A stretch of 32,000 nucleotides of DNA from Alkalibaculum bacchi (GCF_003317055.1 NZ_QNRX01000001.1:93641-125640); one strand, 5' to 3'; shown: positions 17,507-25,280, numbered from the stretch's first letter. The notes: a model not told the origin generated them from the letters alone. Numbers and translations: made by a program.

Positions 17507-18136
17507 TCATGGAATAACTCTAATTTGTCGATTTATAGAATTTAATACTGCCTTTATAATAGCTGTATTGATATCGCTTTCAACGATGCACTTTCCAACA
17601 AAAAGTTTCTCTCTTTGTTCATACATCTCATATAAAGCCAATAGTACCACTTCTCGTCCAGCTATAGATACCAGTTTTATTTCCTCTAAGATGAATTTGA
17701 CTTTATAATTTAAAAATATTTCAATAGCGTCTAAAGTTGCTTCTGCAATTAATCTATTAATTTGAGAAGTACTCCTAATTCCTTCGCTTTTCCCCTCATA
17801 CGTTTTACCATCACATTCTAGTGTAACTTTTGCTTTGGCTTGCATATTATAACTTCCGTATTCAACGGAGCCAATTTGCAATCTTTGGCTCTGAGGAGTT
17901 TCCCCTTTTTCATATATCTGGGCAATGCTTATGATTTTATGATCAACTTTTATATTATATTTAGCCATAAGAAGGGATTCGACATCTCGAATAATTTGCT
18001 TCACAGACCTTTGATTATCAGAAAGAATATGTATTTCAGTAATTATATGTGACTCATTGACTACTATACGAGAGCACATTACGCCAATGACTTTACCTAT
18101 AGATTCTTCCACATTTTGAATATCAGTGCTTTCCAT
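17507..18136 (-). CDS. Hypothetical cytoplasmic protein (209 aa), possibly with a LeuA-allosteric-like fold
   Basis: The start at 18136 (MESTDIQ) is preceded by AGGAG. Segments such as GKSEGIRSTSQINRLIAEATLDAI and GKCIVESDINTAIIKAVLNSINR resemble the G-x-G...DI..A...A.l.AiNr pattern of IPMS regulatory domains. This assignment rests on memory only. Confidence 0.5.
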   Translation of the reverse strand: MESTDIQNVEESIGKVIGVMCSRIVVNESHIITEIHILSDNQRSVKQIIRDVESLLMAKYNIKVDHKIISIAQIYEKGETPQSQRLQIGSVEYGSYNMQAKAKVTLECDGKTYEGKSEGIRSTSQINRLIAEATLDAIEIFLNYKVKFILEEIKLVSIAGREVVLLALYEMYEQREKLFVGKCIVESDINTAIIKAVLNSINRQIRVIP

Positions 18137-18378
18137 TTCAACAACTCCTAAATTATAGATATATATAATGATACCATTAAAATACCATATAATGATATAA
18201 AAAAACACAAATCATTAAAAAATATTCTAATAAATATACAGCTATATGCAGTCAAATAGAAAATTTAAGTTTATACTATATGAATGATAGTTGAACGATG
18301 ATAAATAGTAGTTAGGTGATTACTTAAAATATTGAAAACAGGTACGTTTAGATTTTTATAGTTAGTGCATTTCACAAG

Positions 18379-18491
18379 AAAGTGCCATGGGGTGTATTAG
18401 TCTCTAGCGTATTCCTTTTGGGTCAAGATTCTTCGCTTGTGCTCAGGATGACTGGGTAGGAGCCCATGTCAAAAGTAGGACTTTCCTATTA
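18379..18491 (+). repeat. Mosaic intergenic element copy B (full core)
   Basis: AAAGTGCCATGG comes first. The core then reads GTATTCCTTTTGGGTCAAGATTCTTCGCTTGTGCTCAGGATGACTGGGTAGGAGCCCATGTCAAAAGTAGGACTTTCCTATTA. Confidence 0.85.
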
Positions 18492-18500
18492 CATTACATC

Positions 18501-18531
18501 AAAAAAGAGCAAAGCGAAAAGCTTTGCCCTT
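18501..18531 (-). terminator. Intrinsic terminator of hpf
   Basis: The minus strand reads GGGCAAAGC-ttttc-GCTTTGCTC followed by TTTTTT. Confidence 0.8.
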
Positions 18532-18547
18532 TAACATTTTGAACTAT

Positions 18548-19075
18548 TTAGATGGTCGGCTCGATTAATCCGTAATTGCCATCTTTTCTCTTATATACTA
18601 CATTTACTTCATCGCTTTCACTATTTAAGAAAACGAAAAAATTATGTCCTATTAAATCCATTTGAAGAGAAGCTTCTTCTGGTGACATCGGCTTTATTGG
18701 GAATCTCTTTGTCTTTACAATTCGATTTTCTTCTTGATTGTTACCACTTTCAGGAATAGAGTCGAATCGAATAGTAGCTTGTTCTTTGTATTTTCTTTCA
18801 ATTTTTGTTTTATGTTTCCTTAGTTGTCCTTCTAATTTATCAACAACTTTATCGATAGAGCCATACATATCGTCAGTAGCTTCCTCAGCTCTCAAAAAAG
18901 AACCATTAATTTTAATTTGTACTTCTAAAATATGCATATTCTTTTGAGTACTAAGAGTTGCAGTTGCTTCCACCTCAGGAACGAAGTATTTGTCGAGCTT
19001 AGACAATTTCTTTTCCAACATATTTCTTAACCCTTCAGTTACTTCGATATTCTTCCCATATACTATTACTCGCAT
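18548..19075 (-). CDS. hpf: Ribosome hibernation promoting factor (long HPF/RaiA family)
   Basis: The 175-aa product begins MRVIVYGKNIEVTEGLR and has a C-terminal dimerisation region (FFVFLNSESDEVNVVYKRKDGNYGLIEP). Confidence 0.9.
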   Translation of the reverse strand: MRVIVYGKNIEVTEGLRNMLEKKLSKLDKYFVPEVEATATLSTQKNMHILEVQIKINGSFLRAEEATDDMYGSIDKVVDKLEGQLRKHKTKIERKYKEQATIRFDSIPESGNNQEENRIVKTKRFPIKPMSPEEASLQMDLIGHNFFVFLNSESDEVNVVYKRKDGNYGLIEPTI

Positions 19076-19210
19076 AATAACAACTCCTTTAAGAAAATAT
19101 AGTGATTAGTTAGTATTATTATTATACCCCTAAAGAATATGACAAAACATTTTTGTTTGTAGTAAATACTTCATTATATAAAAGGAAATTATTGGTAAAT
19201 TTAAAAATTA

Positions 19211-19328
19211 GGTGGACAGGTAGTCTGAAAAAAAGCTGAATGCGGAAAGCGGAAAGCGGAAAAAAACTCGCTGTAGGCGAGGTTGTGTAGGATCCTTCGT
19301 CGCTTCGCTCCTCAGGATGACTATGTAG
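19211..19328 (+). repeat. Mosaic intergenic element copy G, co-linear with copy F
   Basis: GGTGGACAGGTAGTCTG is followed by the heptamers GCTGAAT GCGGAAA GCGGAAA GCGGAAA (19235-19262). The CTCGCtgtagGCGAG hairpin comes next. The mini-core is GATCCTTCGTCGCTTCGCTCCTCAGGATGACTATGTAG (19291-19328). Confidence 0.8.
19267..19281 (-). terminator. Hairpin plus T7 run, a possible terminator for the upstream ncRNA transcript
   Basis: The minus strand reads CTCGC-ctaca-GCGAG followed by TTTTTTT (plus A-run 19260-19266). The stem is short (5 bp). Confidence 0.4.
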
Positions 19329-19390
19329 AAAATTATATTATAGTAGAAATTAGTACCTTAATGATAACTTTAAAATCGTTTTTTAGATAC

Positions 19391-19445
19391 TTAAACAATT
19401 GTTTAACTACCGTTTAACCATTGCTCAACAATCGTTTAACAACTG
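19391..19445 (+). repeat. 11-nt periodic array (5 units)
   Basis: The units are ttaaacaattg tttaactaccg tttaaccattg ctcaacaatcg tttaacaactg. The first unit is identical to the last unit of the 30544 array. Confidence 0.8.
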
Positions 19446-19484
19446 TTTTTACTTACAACTTAAAGCTTAAAACGTAGAACTATT

Positions 19485-19692
19485 ACCGCCTTAGCTGACC
19501 TGGTCTTTGCCCCCACACTCGCCAGCTGGAAGTTTAGCTAGGGTTCGCCTTCACAACTCCTTCTCTCAATTTCTTAATTGGCTGGTCTTACATCTAAGCC
19601 GCACCATGCTCAGTATGCTCTTTTGGCTTACCTTACGTGGATCGTTTTGCCTGCGACTGGCATCGATTTTCAACCACAGACCTAAGGCGTCC
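19485..19692 (-). ncRNA. Candidate structured ncRNA of about 205 nt, possibly raiA-motif class
   Basis: It is a GC-rich island in AT-rich DNA. Nested helices can be drawn on the minus strand. The closing stem pairs CGCCTTAG (RNA 5' end, plus 19682-19689) with CTAAGGCG (3' end, plus 19487-19494). Internal stems are TGTGG/CCACG, ATCG/CGAT, TGCC/GGCA, TAAGCC/GGCTTA, CCAGC/GCTGG, CAATT/AATTG and GGAGTT/AACTtCC. A consensus promoter lies immediately upstream, and the element sits upstream of hpf/raiA. Confidence 0.55.
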
Positions 19693-19696
19693 TTTT

Positions 19697-19726
19697 ATTA
19701 TACTAACTTAAAAGGAAAAAAGTCAA
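19697..19726 (-). promoter_or_regulatory. Near-consensus sigma-A promoter driving the candidate ncRNA
   Basis: On the minus strand, TTGACT (19726-19721) is followed by an 18-nt spacer and TATAAT (19702-19697). The predicted start is near 19690, at the first base of the closing stem region. Confidence 0.6.
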
Positions 19727-19727
19727 G

Positions 19728-20064
19728 ATGAAAGTGCCAAGGCACTTTATCGATCAGCAACCAGCCGCCAGTCACCTGTACTCTCGGGCTAAGCTTTGCG
19801 GGTCAAAGATCCTTCGCTAGCGCTCTAGGATGACTCGGCAGTTGCTAGGGCCAAAAGCGTATGTTTCCTAGTATAGAAAGCATATGCCACCAAAGGTAGC
19901 TTGTCTGTTTTGCTGACCACGTGGGAGTAATACCCGATTTATCTAGCCCGAAGAATAAGAGAAATCGAGTGGCATTACCCCTGTCAAGGTGGGCAGGTTT
20001 GTAGCGACTAGAAGGAGCTAGAAACCCGCAACCTACGACAGACCACCTGACCACCTGACCACCT
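19728..20064 (+). repeat. Composite mosaic element copy C
   Basis: The AAAGTGCCaaGGCACTTT hairpin lies at 19730-19747. The heptamers are AGCAACC AGCCGCC AGTCACC. The core variant is GGGTCAAAGATCCTTCGCTAGCGCTCTAGGATGACTCGGCAGTTGCTAGGGCCAAAAGCG. A GCCACCAAAGGTAGC module follows, then an extended imperfect hairpin of about 90 nt (19911-19999). The element ends with GACCACCT x3 (20041-20064). Confidence 0.75.
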
Positions 20065-20108
20065 TATCAATCTTGTAAACGAGCACATTCTCATTTTCTG
20101 TGTTTTAG

Positions 20109-20138
20109 TTGGATATTTTACCACAATTATTGTATACT
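20109..20138 (+). promoter_or_regulatory. Possible fba promoter
   Basis: TTGGAT (20109-20114) is followed by an 18-nt spacer and TATACT (20133-20138), about 55 nt upstream of the fba start. Confidence 0.3.
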
Positions 20139-20191
20139 ACTTTTGTAGAACACTTTACGTTATCCATTTAAGTAAAATAGGAGGTTTTGTA

Positions 20192-21121
20192 ATGGCTTTA
20201 GTAAATTCTAGAGAAATGTTTAAAAAAGCTTATGAAGGAAATTATGCAGTAGGGGCGTTTAATGTCAATAATATGGAAATTGTTCAGGGTATTATGGCTG
20301 CTGCTCAACAAGAAAATGCACCTGTTATCTTACAAGTATCCGCAGGAGCTAGAAAATATGCTAGCCCAATTTATTTAAGAAAGCTAGTAGAGGCTGCAAT
20401 AGAAGAGACTGGTCTTGACCTTGTTCTTCATTTAGATCATGGTGAAGATTTTGAAATATGTAAAGCTTGTATCGATGATGGCTTTAGCTCTGTCATGATA
20501 GATGGATCAAGATTTCCACTTGAAGAAAATATTGCATTAACAAAAAAGGTTGTAGAATATGCTCATGATAAAGGAGTTACAGTAGAAGCAGAATTAGGAA
20601 AGCTTGCAGGTGTAGAAGATGCAGTTAAAGTTGCTGCAAAAGATGCTACGTACACAGATCCTGACGAAGCAGTAGAATTCGTTGAAAGAACAGGCGTAGA
20701 CTCCTTAGCTATTGCTATTGGCACAAGCCATGGAGCTTATAAATTTACAGGAGATCCAACTTTAGACTTTGATCGATTAGCTACTATCACAGAAAAATTA
20801 AAAGGTTTCCCATTAGTATTACACGGTGCTTCTTCTGTACCTCAAGAATTTGTAGAACTAAACAACAAATACGGCGGACAAATTCCAGGCGCTCAAGGTG
20901 TACCTGAATCTATGCTTAGCCAAGCTGCTAAACTAGGTGTATGCAAAATCAATATCGATACAGACTTAAGATTAGCTCTAACAGCTTCTATCAGAAAGAC
21001 TTTCGTAGAAAGTCCAGCTGAATTCGATCCAAGAAAATATTTAGGACCAGGTAGAGATGCGATTAGAGATATGGTAGCTCATAAAATGAGAAATGTATTA
21101 GGTTGCTCTGGTAAAAAATAA
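20192..21121 (+). CDS. fba: Class II fructose-1,6-bisphosphate aldolase
   Basis: The 309-aa product carries GAFNVNNME, HLDHG and the metal-binding pattern GTSHGAYKF...LVLHGASS. The RBS is AGGAGG. Confidence 0.95.
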   Translation: MALVNSREMFKKAYEGNYAVGAFNVNNMEIVQGIMAAAQQENAPVILQVSAGARKYASPIYLRKLVEAAIEETGLDLVLHLDHGEDFEICKACIDDGFSSVMIDGSRFPLEENIALTKKVVEYAHDKGVTVEAELGKLAGVEDAVKVAAKDATYTDPDEAVEFVERTGVDSLAIAIGTSHGAYKFTGDPTLDFDRLATITEKLKGFPLVLHGASSVPQEFVELNNKYGGQIPGAQGVPESMLSQAAKLGVCKINIDTDLRLALTASIRKTFVESPAEFDPRKYLGPGRDAIRDMVAHKMRNVLGCSGKK

Positions 21122-21140
21122 AGAAGAAGCTTCAATATTT

Positions 21141-21203
21141 TAGCCATCAGCCACCAGCCACTAGTGCTCTAAGCCAGGGGCTTGGGTCAAAAGTAACACC
21201 TGC
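21141..21203 (+). repeat. Mosaic element copy E, lacking the CCTTCGC..CAGGATGAC insert ('empty site')
   Basis: The heptamers AGCCATC AGCCACC AGCCACT AGTGCTC come first. CCAGGGGCTTGGGTCAAAAGTAACACC follows, with a single GGTCAAAAG where copies A-D have two flanking an insert of about 45 nt. Confidence 0.7.
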
Positions 21204-21244
21204 ATATAAAATGGCTCAAATAGTTGCATTTTCTCAAAGTAGCA

Positions 21245-21296
21245 AAACAGAGACAAAGGGGACAGATTTATAAATCTGTCCCCTTTGTCTCTGTTT
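21245..21296. terminator. 52-nt perfect palindrome, a bidirectional terminator between convergent fba and the radical SAM gene
   Basis: AAACAGAGACAAAGGGGACAGATTTA and its exact reverse complement TAAATCTGTCCCCTTTGTCTCTGTTT abut each other. A/T runs sit at the stem base. Confidence 0.6.
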
Positions 21297-21304
21297 CCCC
21301 TTTG

Positions 21305-22249
21305 TCACCACTGAAATCTTAATGTTTTTCCGCCTAAATAATTACACTTTTTTCCTTGATAGCTTTCTCTTTTTTTCATTTCTTCTTCAATCATATCCTT
21401 AATCTTCCACCAACTAGTATTCCAATTGCAAAAAAGAGTGTTTTCCTGTGGCGCTCTGCCTATAAGCCTTTGTATGGATATATTAGGTTTCAAATATTCT
21501 AAAAACAATATCACTCTGTTAATGTAATTATCCAATGAGACTATTTCAAACTCATTATTCATATATAATTCAGCCATCCTTGTGTGTTTTTCAATATAAA
21601 GGGCATGAGACTTTATAGAGTCTATATTTAATGCAGATATGATTTTTGCGCTCTCAATTACATCTAATTCATTATCCCAAGGCAAATTTAATATTACATG
21701 AGCACATATATCAAAACCATAGCTCTTCACCATAAGAGCTCCATCAATAAATTCCCCTAGGGTATGACCTCTATTGATCTTATTTAATGTGTGGTAATTA
21801 GCTGTTTGCAAACCCAGCTCTATGGTAATATCTAAATTATTTTTCGTTGAAACATCTTTGAGAAATTCTAGATACTTTTCATTTATAGAATCAGGTCTAG
21901 TGGATACAGAAATACCGACTATATTCTCCCTGACAACTTGCACAATATGCCTTTTAAAGTCTTCTAAAGGTAAATAAGTATTCGTGTAGTTTTGAAAATA
22001 AGGAATAAATTTTTTTGCCTTATACCTTTTAGATATATACTCAATATTTTTATCTAGTTGTTCACTAGAACTCAGACTATTTGGCAAATTTTCATAACCT
22101 ACTCCACTCTCACCACAGTAAATACAACCTCCCGTAGAAATATTTCCATCTCGATTTGGGCAAGAACAAGGTATGCTAATAGGAATCTTATAGACCTTTT
22201 CTCCGTACTTTTCTTTTAAATAATGTGAGTAATTATTATACAATTTCAT
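21305..22249 (-). CDS. TIGR01212-family radical SAM protein (YtqA-like)
   Basis: CPNRDGNISTGGCIYCG is the cluster motif typical of this family. The product is 314 aa. Confidence 0.8.
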   Translation of the reverse strand: MKLYNNYSHYLKEKYGEKVYKIPISIPCSCPNRDGNISTGGCIYCGESGVGYENLPNSLSSSEQLDKNIEYISKRYKAKKFIPYFQNYTNTYLPLEDFKRHIVQVVRENIVGISVSTRPDSINEKYLEFLKDVSTKNNLDITIELGLQTANYHTLNKINRGHTLGEFIDGALMVKSYGFDICAHVILNLPWDNELDVIESAKIISALNIDSIKSHALYIEKHTRMAELYMNNEFEIVSLDNYINRVILFLEYLKPNISIQRLIGRAPQENTLFCNWNTSWWKIKDMIEEEMKKRESYQGKKCNYLGGKTLRFQW

Positions 22250-22273
22250 GTTTTATTCCTCCGTTGAGAAGTA

Positions 22274-22316
22274 TTATAACACAGTAAAGTGCCTTTGGCA
22301 CTTTACTGTGTTATAA
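22274..22316. repeat. 20-bp perfect hairpin containing the AAAGTGCC/GGCACTTT module
   Basis: TTATAACACAGTAAAGTGCC-ttt-GGCACTTTACTGTGTTATAA ends 25 nt upstream of the radical SAM start codon. Confidence 0.8.
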
Positions 22317-22371
22317 GTTCTAACCACATCAGAGTTGACTTTTTGTTTTTCCTGAACACCTTTTACAAATT

Positions 22372-22402
22372 AAAAAAAGCAAAGCGCTAGCTCTGCTTTT
22401 TT
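22372..22402 (-). terminator. Intrinsic terminator after the small P-loop ATPase gene
   Basis: AAGCAGAGC-tagc-GCTTTGCTT plus T7 on the minus strand. The single mismatch is G-U in the minus sense and A-C in the plus sense. Confidence 0.7.
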
Positions 22403-22455
22403 ACTCTATTCATAATAAATTGTTTTCTACATTATTTCATTAGTAAAGGCAAATT

Positions 22456-22878
22456 TTACGAGAAAGCGTAGGCTCTATATTCCTCGGGTAATGGTTCATC
22501 GCTTGTGACGCTTACTATAAATGTTACATCGTACTTTTCGCTAAGGAGGTCTATTCCTTTAAAGAGTTCTTCTAAATCATCTAATTCTTCAATCTTTGCA
22601 ATGCGAACTAAATTATCAACAAATATTGTATCGATGTCGTAATTGCCAGCAATCAATCCGTTAAGAAATCCAAATAATACGGCCGGTGTGTAAATATAAA
22701 AGTCGTTTGTGCTCACATAACGTATGCTCTTATTTATTTTTTCTCGGTACTTTTCTCTGTCGTTTATGAACACAATTTCTCCAGTTGTCTCTTTGATTTT
22801 CTCATTTGCAAAATCAATGATTTTCTTGGTTTTTCCACTTCCTTTTGGACCAGAAATAATTCGAACCATCTTAGACAC
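22456..22878 (-). CDS. Small stand-alone P-loop NTPase of unknown function
   Basis: The 140-aa product has Walker A GPKGSGKT and a Walker B-like motif (DTIFVDN). Confidence 0.6.
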   Translation of the reverse strand: MSKMVRIISGPKGSGKTKKIIDFANEKIKETTGEIVFINDREKYREKINKSIRYVSTNDFYIYTPAVLFGFLNGLIAGNYDIDTIFVDNLVRIAKIEELDDLEELFKGIDLLSEKYDVTFIVSVTSDEPLPEEYRAYAFS

Positions 22879-22957
22879 CTCTTTCGCCTTTTTATTATAT
22901 TATAGTATGTATTCGAGTACATTTCAAATAAAGTTCAAGAAAAGATCGAAATACCTA

Positions 22958-23683
22958 CTACATTTTACATAAATAGGATAAAATTAAAAAATTCACCTTA
23001 CATGGATCTTCTTTAAATATAAAATGATTAACTCCTTCTATAACTTGAAGTTTTGACATAGGTATATGGCGAGCAATAAGTTCAGTATGTTCTTTTTTGA
23101 CCATATCTTTTTCTCCTACTAGAACTAAAGTTGGGCACTGTATCTTTTTTAACTCTCCAGGATCAAAATTTGGTTGACATACTATCAAATCTAATAAACT
23201 TGCTTTTTTCTTTGCTCTTTTGCTAAACCCAGAAGTAATCTTACACAACAAATAAGCCATAACAATAGGTACCTGACTTGCCATTTTTATTCCTGTAGGA
23301 TATAAATTAGCTCCAGCTAGAACTAGTTTTTTAATTCGCTCAGGATATTTTAGAGCAATCTGTATGGCAATATTTCCTCCATCGCTAAATCCTATAATAT
23401 GAGCTTGCCCAATTTCCAGCTCATTCATAACAGCTATGATATCATTTGCCATAAATTCAATAGTAAGGGGGTACATCCCAAAGGAGGAACGGCCATGACC
23501 TCTACTATCGATGGTCACTATTTTATATAGTTTAGAAAAAGGTTTTATTTGCTTATTAAAAGTATGCCAATCTTCTCCATGTCCATGAATGAGTATCATT
23601 ACGGGTCTATCTTCTTCTCCAAAAACTTGAAAATAGATATTTGCAGTATTGGAAAATACATACCCTGTCTTATTTGGACTCAC
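22958..23683 (-). CDS. Alpha/beta hydrolase
   Basis: It has an HGHG oxyanion motif, a GFSDGG nucleophile elbow and a C-terminal H (VNHF). Confidence 0.8.
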   Translation of the reverse strand: MSPNKTGYVFSNTANIYFQVFGEEDRPVMILIHGHGEDWHTFNKQIKPFSKLYKIVTIDSRGHGRSSFGMYPLTIEFMANDIIAVMNELEIGQAHIIGFSDGGNIAIQIALKYPERIKKLVLAGANLYPTGIKMASQVPIVMAYLLCKITSGFSKRAKKKASLLDLIVCQPNFDPGELKKIQCPTLVLVGEKDMVKKEHTELIARHIPMSKLQVIEGVNHFIFKEDPCKVNFLILSYLCKM

Positions 23684-23899
23684 AAAATTTCACCTCAGAT
23701 GTGATTATTACTATTCGCTTTTATTATAATATATAGAAATCTAAACCTCTACTAATTAAATCCTACAAAATAGTCTATAATATTTAATAACTCGTAAAAA
23801 ATTTGATTCTTTATAAATTATCTAATCACCTTTTCGGGAATCTTATAGAAATTTTTACCTTAATATACTATAATTATTTTATGGGAGGAGGTAATTTAT

Positions 23900-25279
23900 A
23901 TGAGTGAAACTTATTTAAATTATTTTAAAGATGCAATTACATATCAACTAAAAGAACTTGAAGAACAAATCCCAATATCCATTAAAGATATTACTTGTCC
24001 TGTACGCAATGAATTAGGCCAAAATATCGACCTAGTATACATGCGACTTTTTAGACTTGCACTTCGCGATACTTATGGGAGCAAATTGTCTAGCTCTTTA
24101 TTGTACGAAGCTGGAAGACATACGGCAATTAATAATTTTAAGTTTGTATCAATAGATGATATAGTAAATACCCTTAATGATCTTTCCATTGGCGTAATGA
24201 AAGTTGTTTATAATAATGGAGAACATATTATATTTCAAGAAGAGGAATGTGCAATTTGCTCGGGTATGCCTACTACTGATGAAGCACTGTGCTCTTTTGA
24301 ATCTGGCTTTTTAGCAGGCGCCTTATCTTGTATTATGAACAAAAATGTAGTAGTTGAAGAAACAGAATGTTGGGGTCTAGGTGATCAAATCTGTCAATTT
24401 GAAGCATCTATTATCTCAGACACCCCTCCTAAATCTGATGAAAAGATGAACACCCTTGATCTTATTGCAACTCTTGCATCTAGGTCCTCTAAAGCAATAG
24501 CACTTAATAAAGAATTAAAAAAGAAAAATGACATCTTTAGTAAACAATTAGAATTTGCCCAACGAATCCAAAAGAAGATTATCCCTCATATGGATGCTTT
24601 TAAATCAGATTACTATAACTTCTACTCTTATTTAAAGCCTTTTAGAGAAGTGGGTGGAGATTTCTACGATTTCTTTTTTGATAAAGATAGCAATAAAGTT
24701 GCCATTGCAATTGCTGATATGGCTGGTCATGGTATTGATGCAGCAATGATTACGGGCATGATTAAACTCACTCTTAAACATTGCAGCAAAAAAAAGGGTC
24801 TTTTATGCAAACCAAGTAAAGTCATGGCATTTATAGAGGCAGATATATCGGACGTGGTACCAGACAACTTTTTTAGCATGATTTATATGGTCTTTGATCC
24901 GGACAAGCAATCTATTCGCTACTGTAATGCTGGACATCCTTCTGCCATACTGTACCGTAAAAAACAAAATATCATGCAGTTCCTGCATTCAAACCAACCC
25001 TTAGTTGGGCTAAGCCAATATATTGACGACTATCCTTTTGTTCAACAGTCCATCCTATATGAAAAAGGCGATCAAATTTTTCTATATACAGATGGAGTAA
25101 CAGAACTGCGAAATAGATATGGAGAGTTTTACAAGACAAGTACTTTATTAGACATTATTCGAAACTCCAAGGACTTGTCTATATCCACAGCTTGTGAGAA
25201 TATCATAGCCAGTTTAAATGAGCACAGGCAAGAAAGAGATTTTGAAGATGACATGTGCTTACTAGGAATACAATTGTAA
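23900..25279 (+). CDS. V4R-like sensor domain fused to a PP2C/SpoIIE-family serine phosphatase
   Basis: The N-terminal half has a Cys pattern (CAICSG...C...ETECWGLGDQICQFE) like 4-vinyl-reductase domains. The C-terminal half carries GGDFYDF...IADMAGHGIDAAM...TDGVTE. The RBS is GGAGG. Confidence 0.7.
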   Translation: MSETYLNYFKDAITYQLKELEEQIPISIKDITCPVRNELGQNIDLVYMRLFRLALRDTYGSKLSSSLLYEAGRHTAINNFKFVSIDDIVNTLNDLSIGVMKVVYNNGEHIIFQEEECAICSGMPTTDEALCSFESGFLAGALSCIMNKNVVVEETECWGLGDQICQFEASIISDTPPKSDEKMNTLDLIATLASRSSKAIALNKELKKKNDIFSKQLEFAQRIQKKIIPHMDAFKSDYYNFYSYLKPFREVGGDFYDFFFDKDSNKVAIAIADMAGHGIDAAMITGMIKLTLKHCSKKKGLLCKPSKVMAFIEADISDVVPDNFFSMIYMVFDPDKQSIRYCNAGHPSAILYRKKQNIMQFLHSNQPLVGLSQYIDDYPFVQQSILYEKGDQIFLYTDGVTELRNRYGEFYKTSTLLDIIRNSKDLSISTACENIIASLNEHRQERDFEDDMCLLGIQL

Positions 25280-25280
25280 T

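Noticed and set aside
17490-17708. 72-aa plus-strand ORF starting MPALI
   Set aside because: It starts inside the right arm of the 19-bp inverted repeat, which is why it mirrors the MPALI start on the other strand. It lies antisense to the 209-aa gene.
19507-19731. 74-aa ORF on the plus strand in the GC-rich island
   Set aside because: It has no RBS and lies antisense to a region that folds into nested helices and has a consensus minus-strand promoter. The amino-acid composition looks like translated structured RNA.
19845-20054. 69-aa ORF on the minus strand
   Set aside because: It is built entirely from repeat modules (octamer array, extended hairpin, core variant). It has no RBS, and related sequences at other loci are not in frame.
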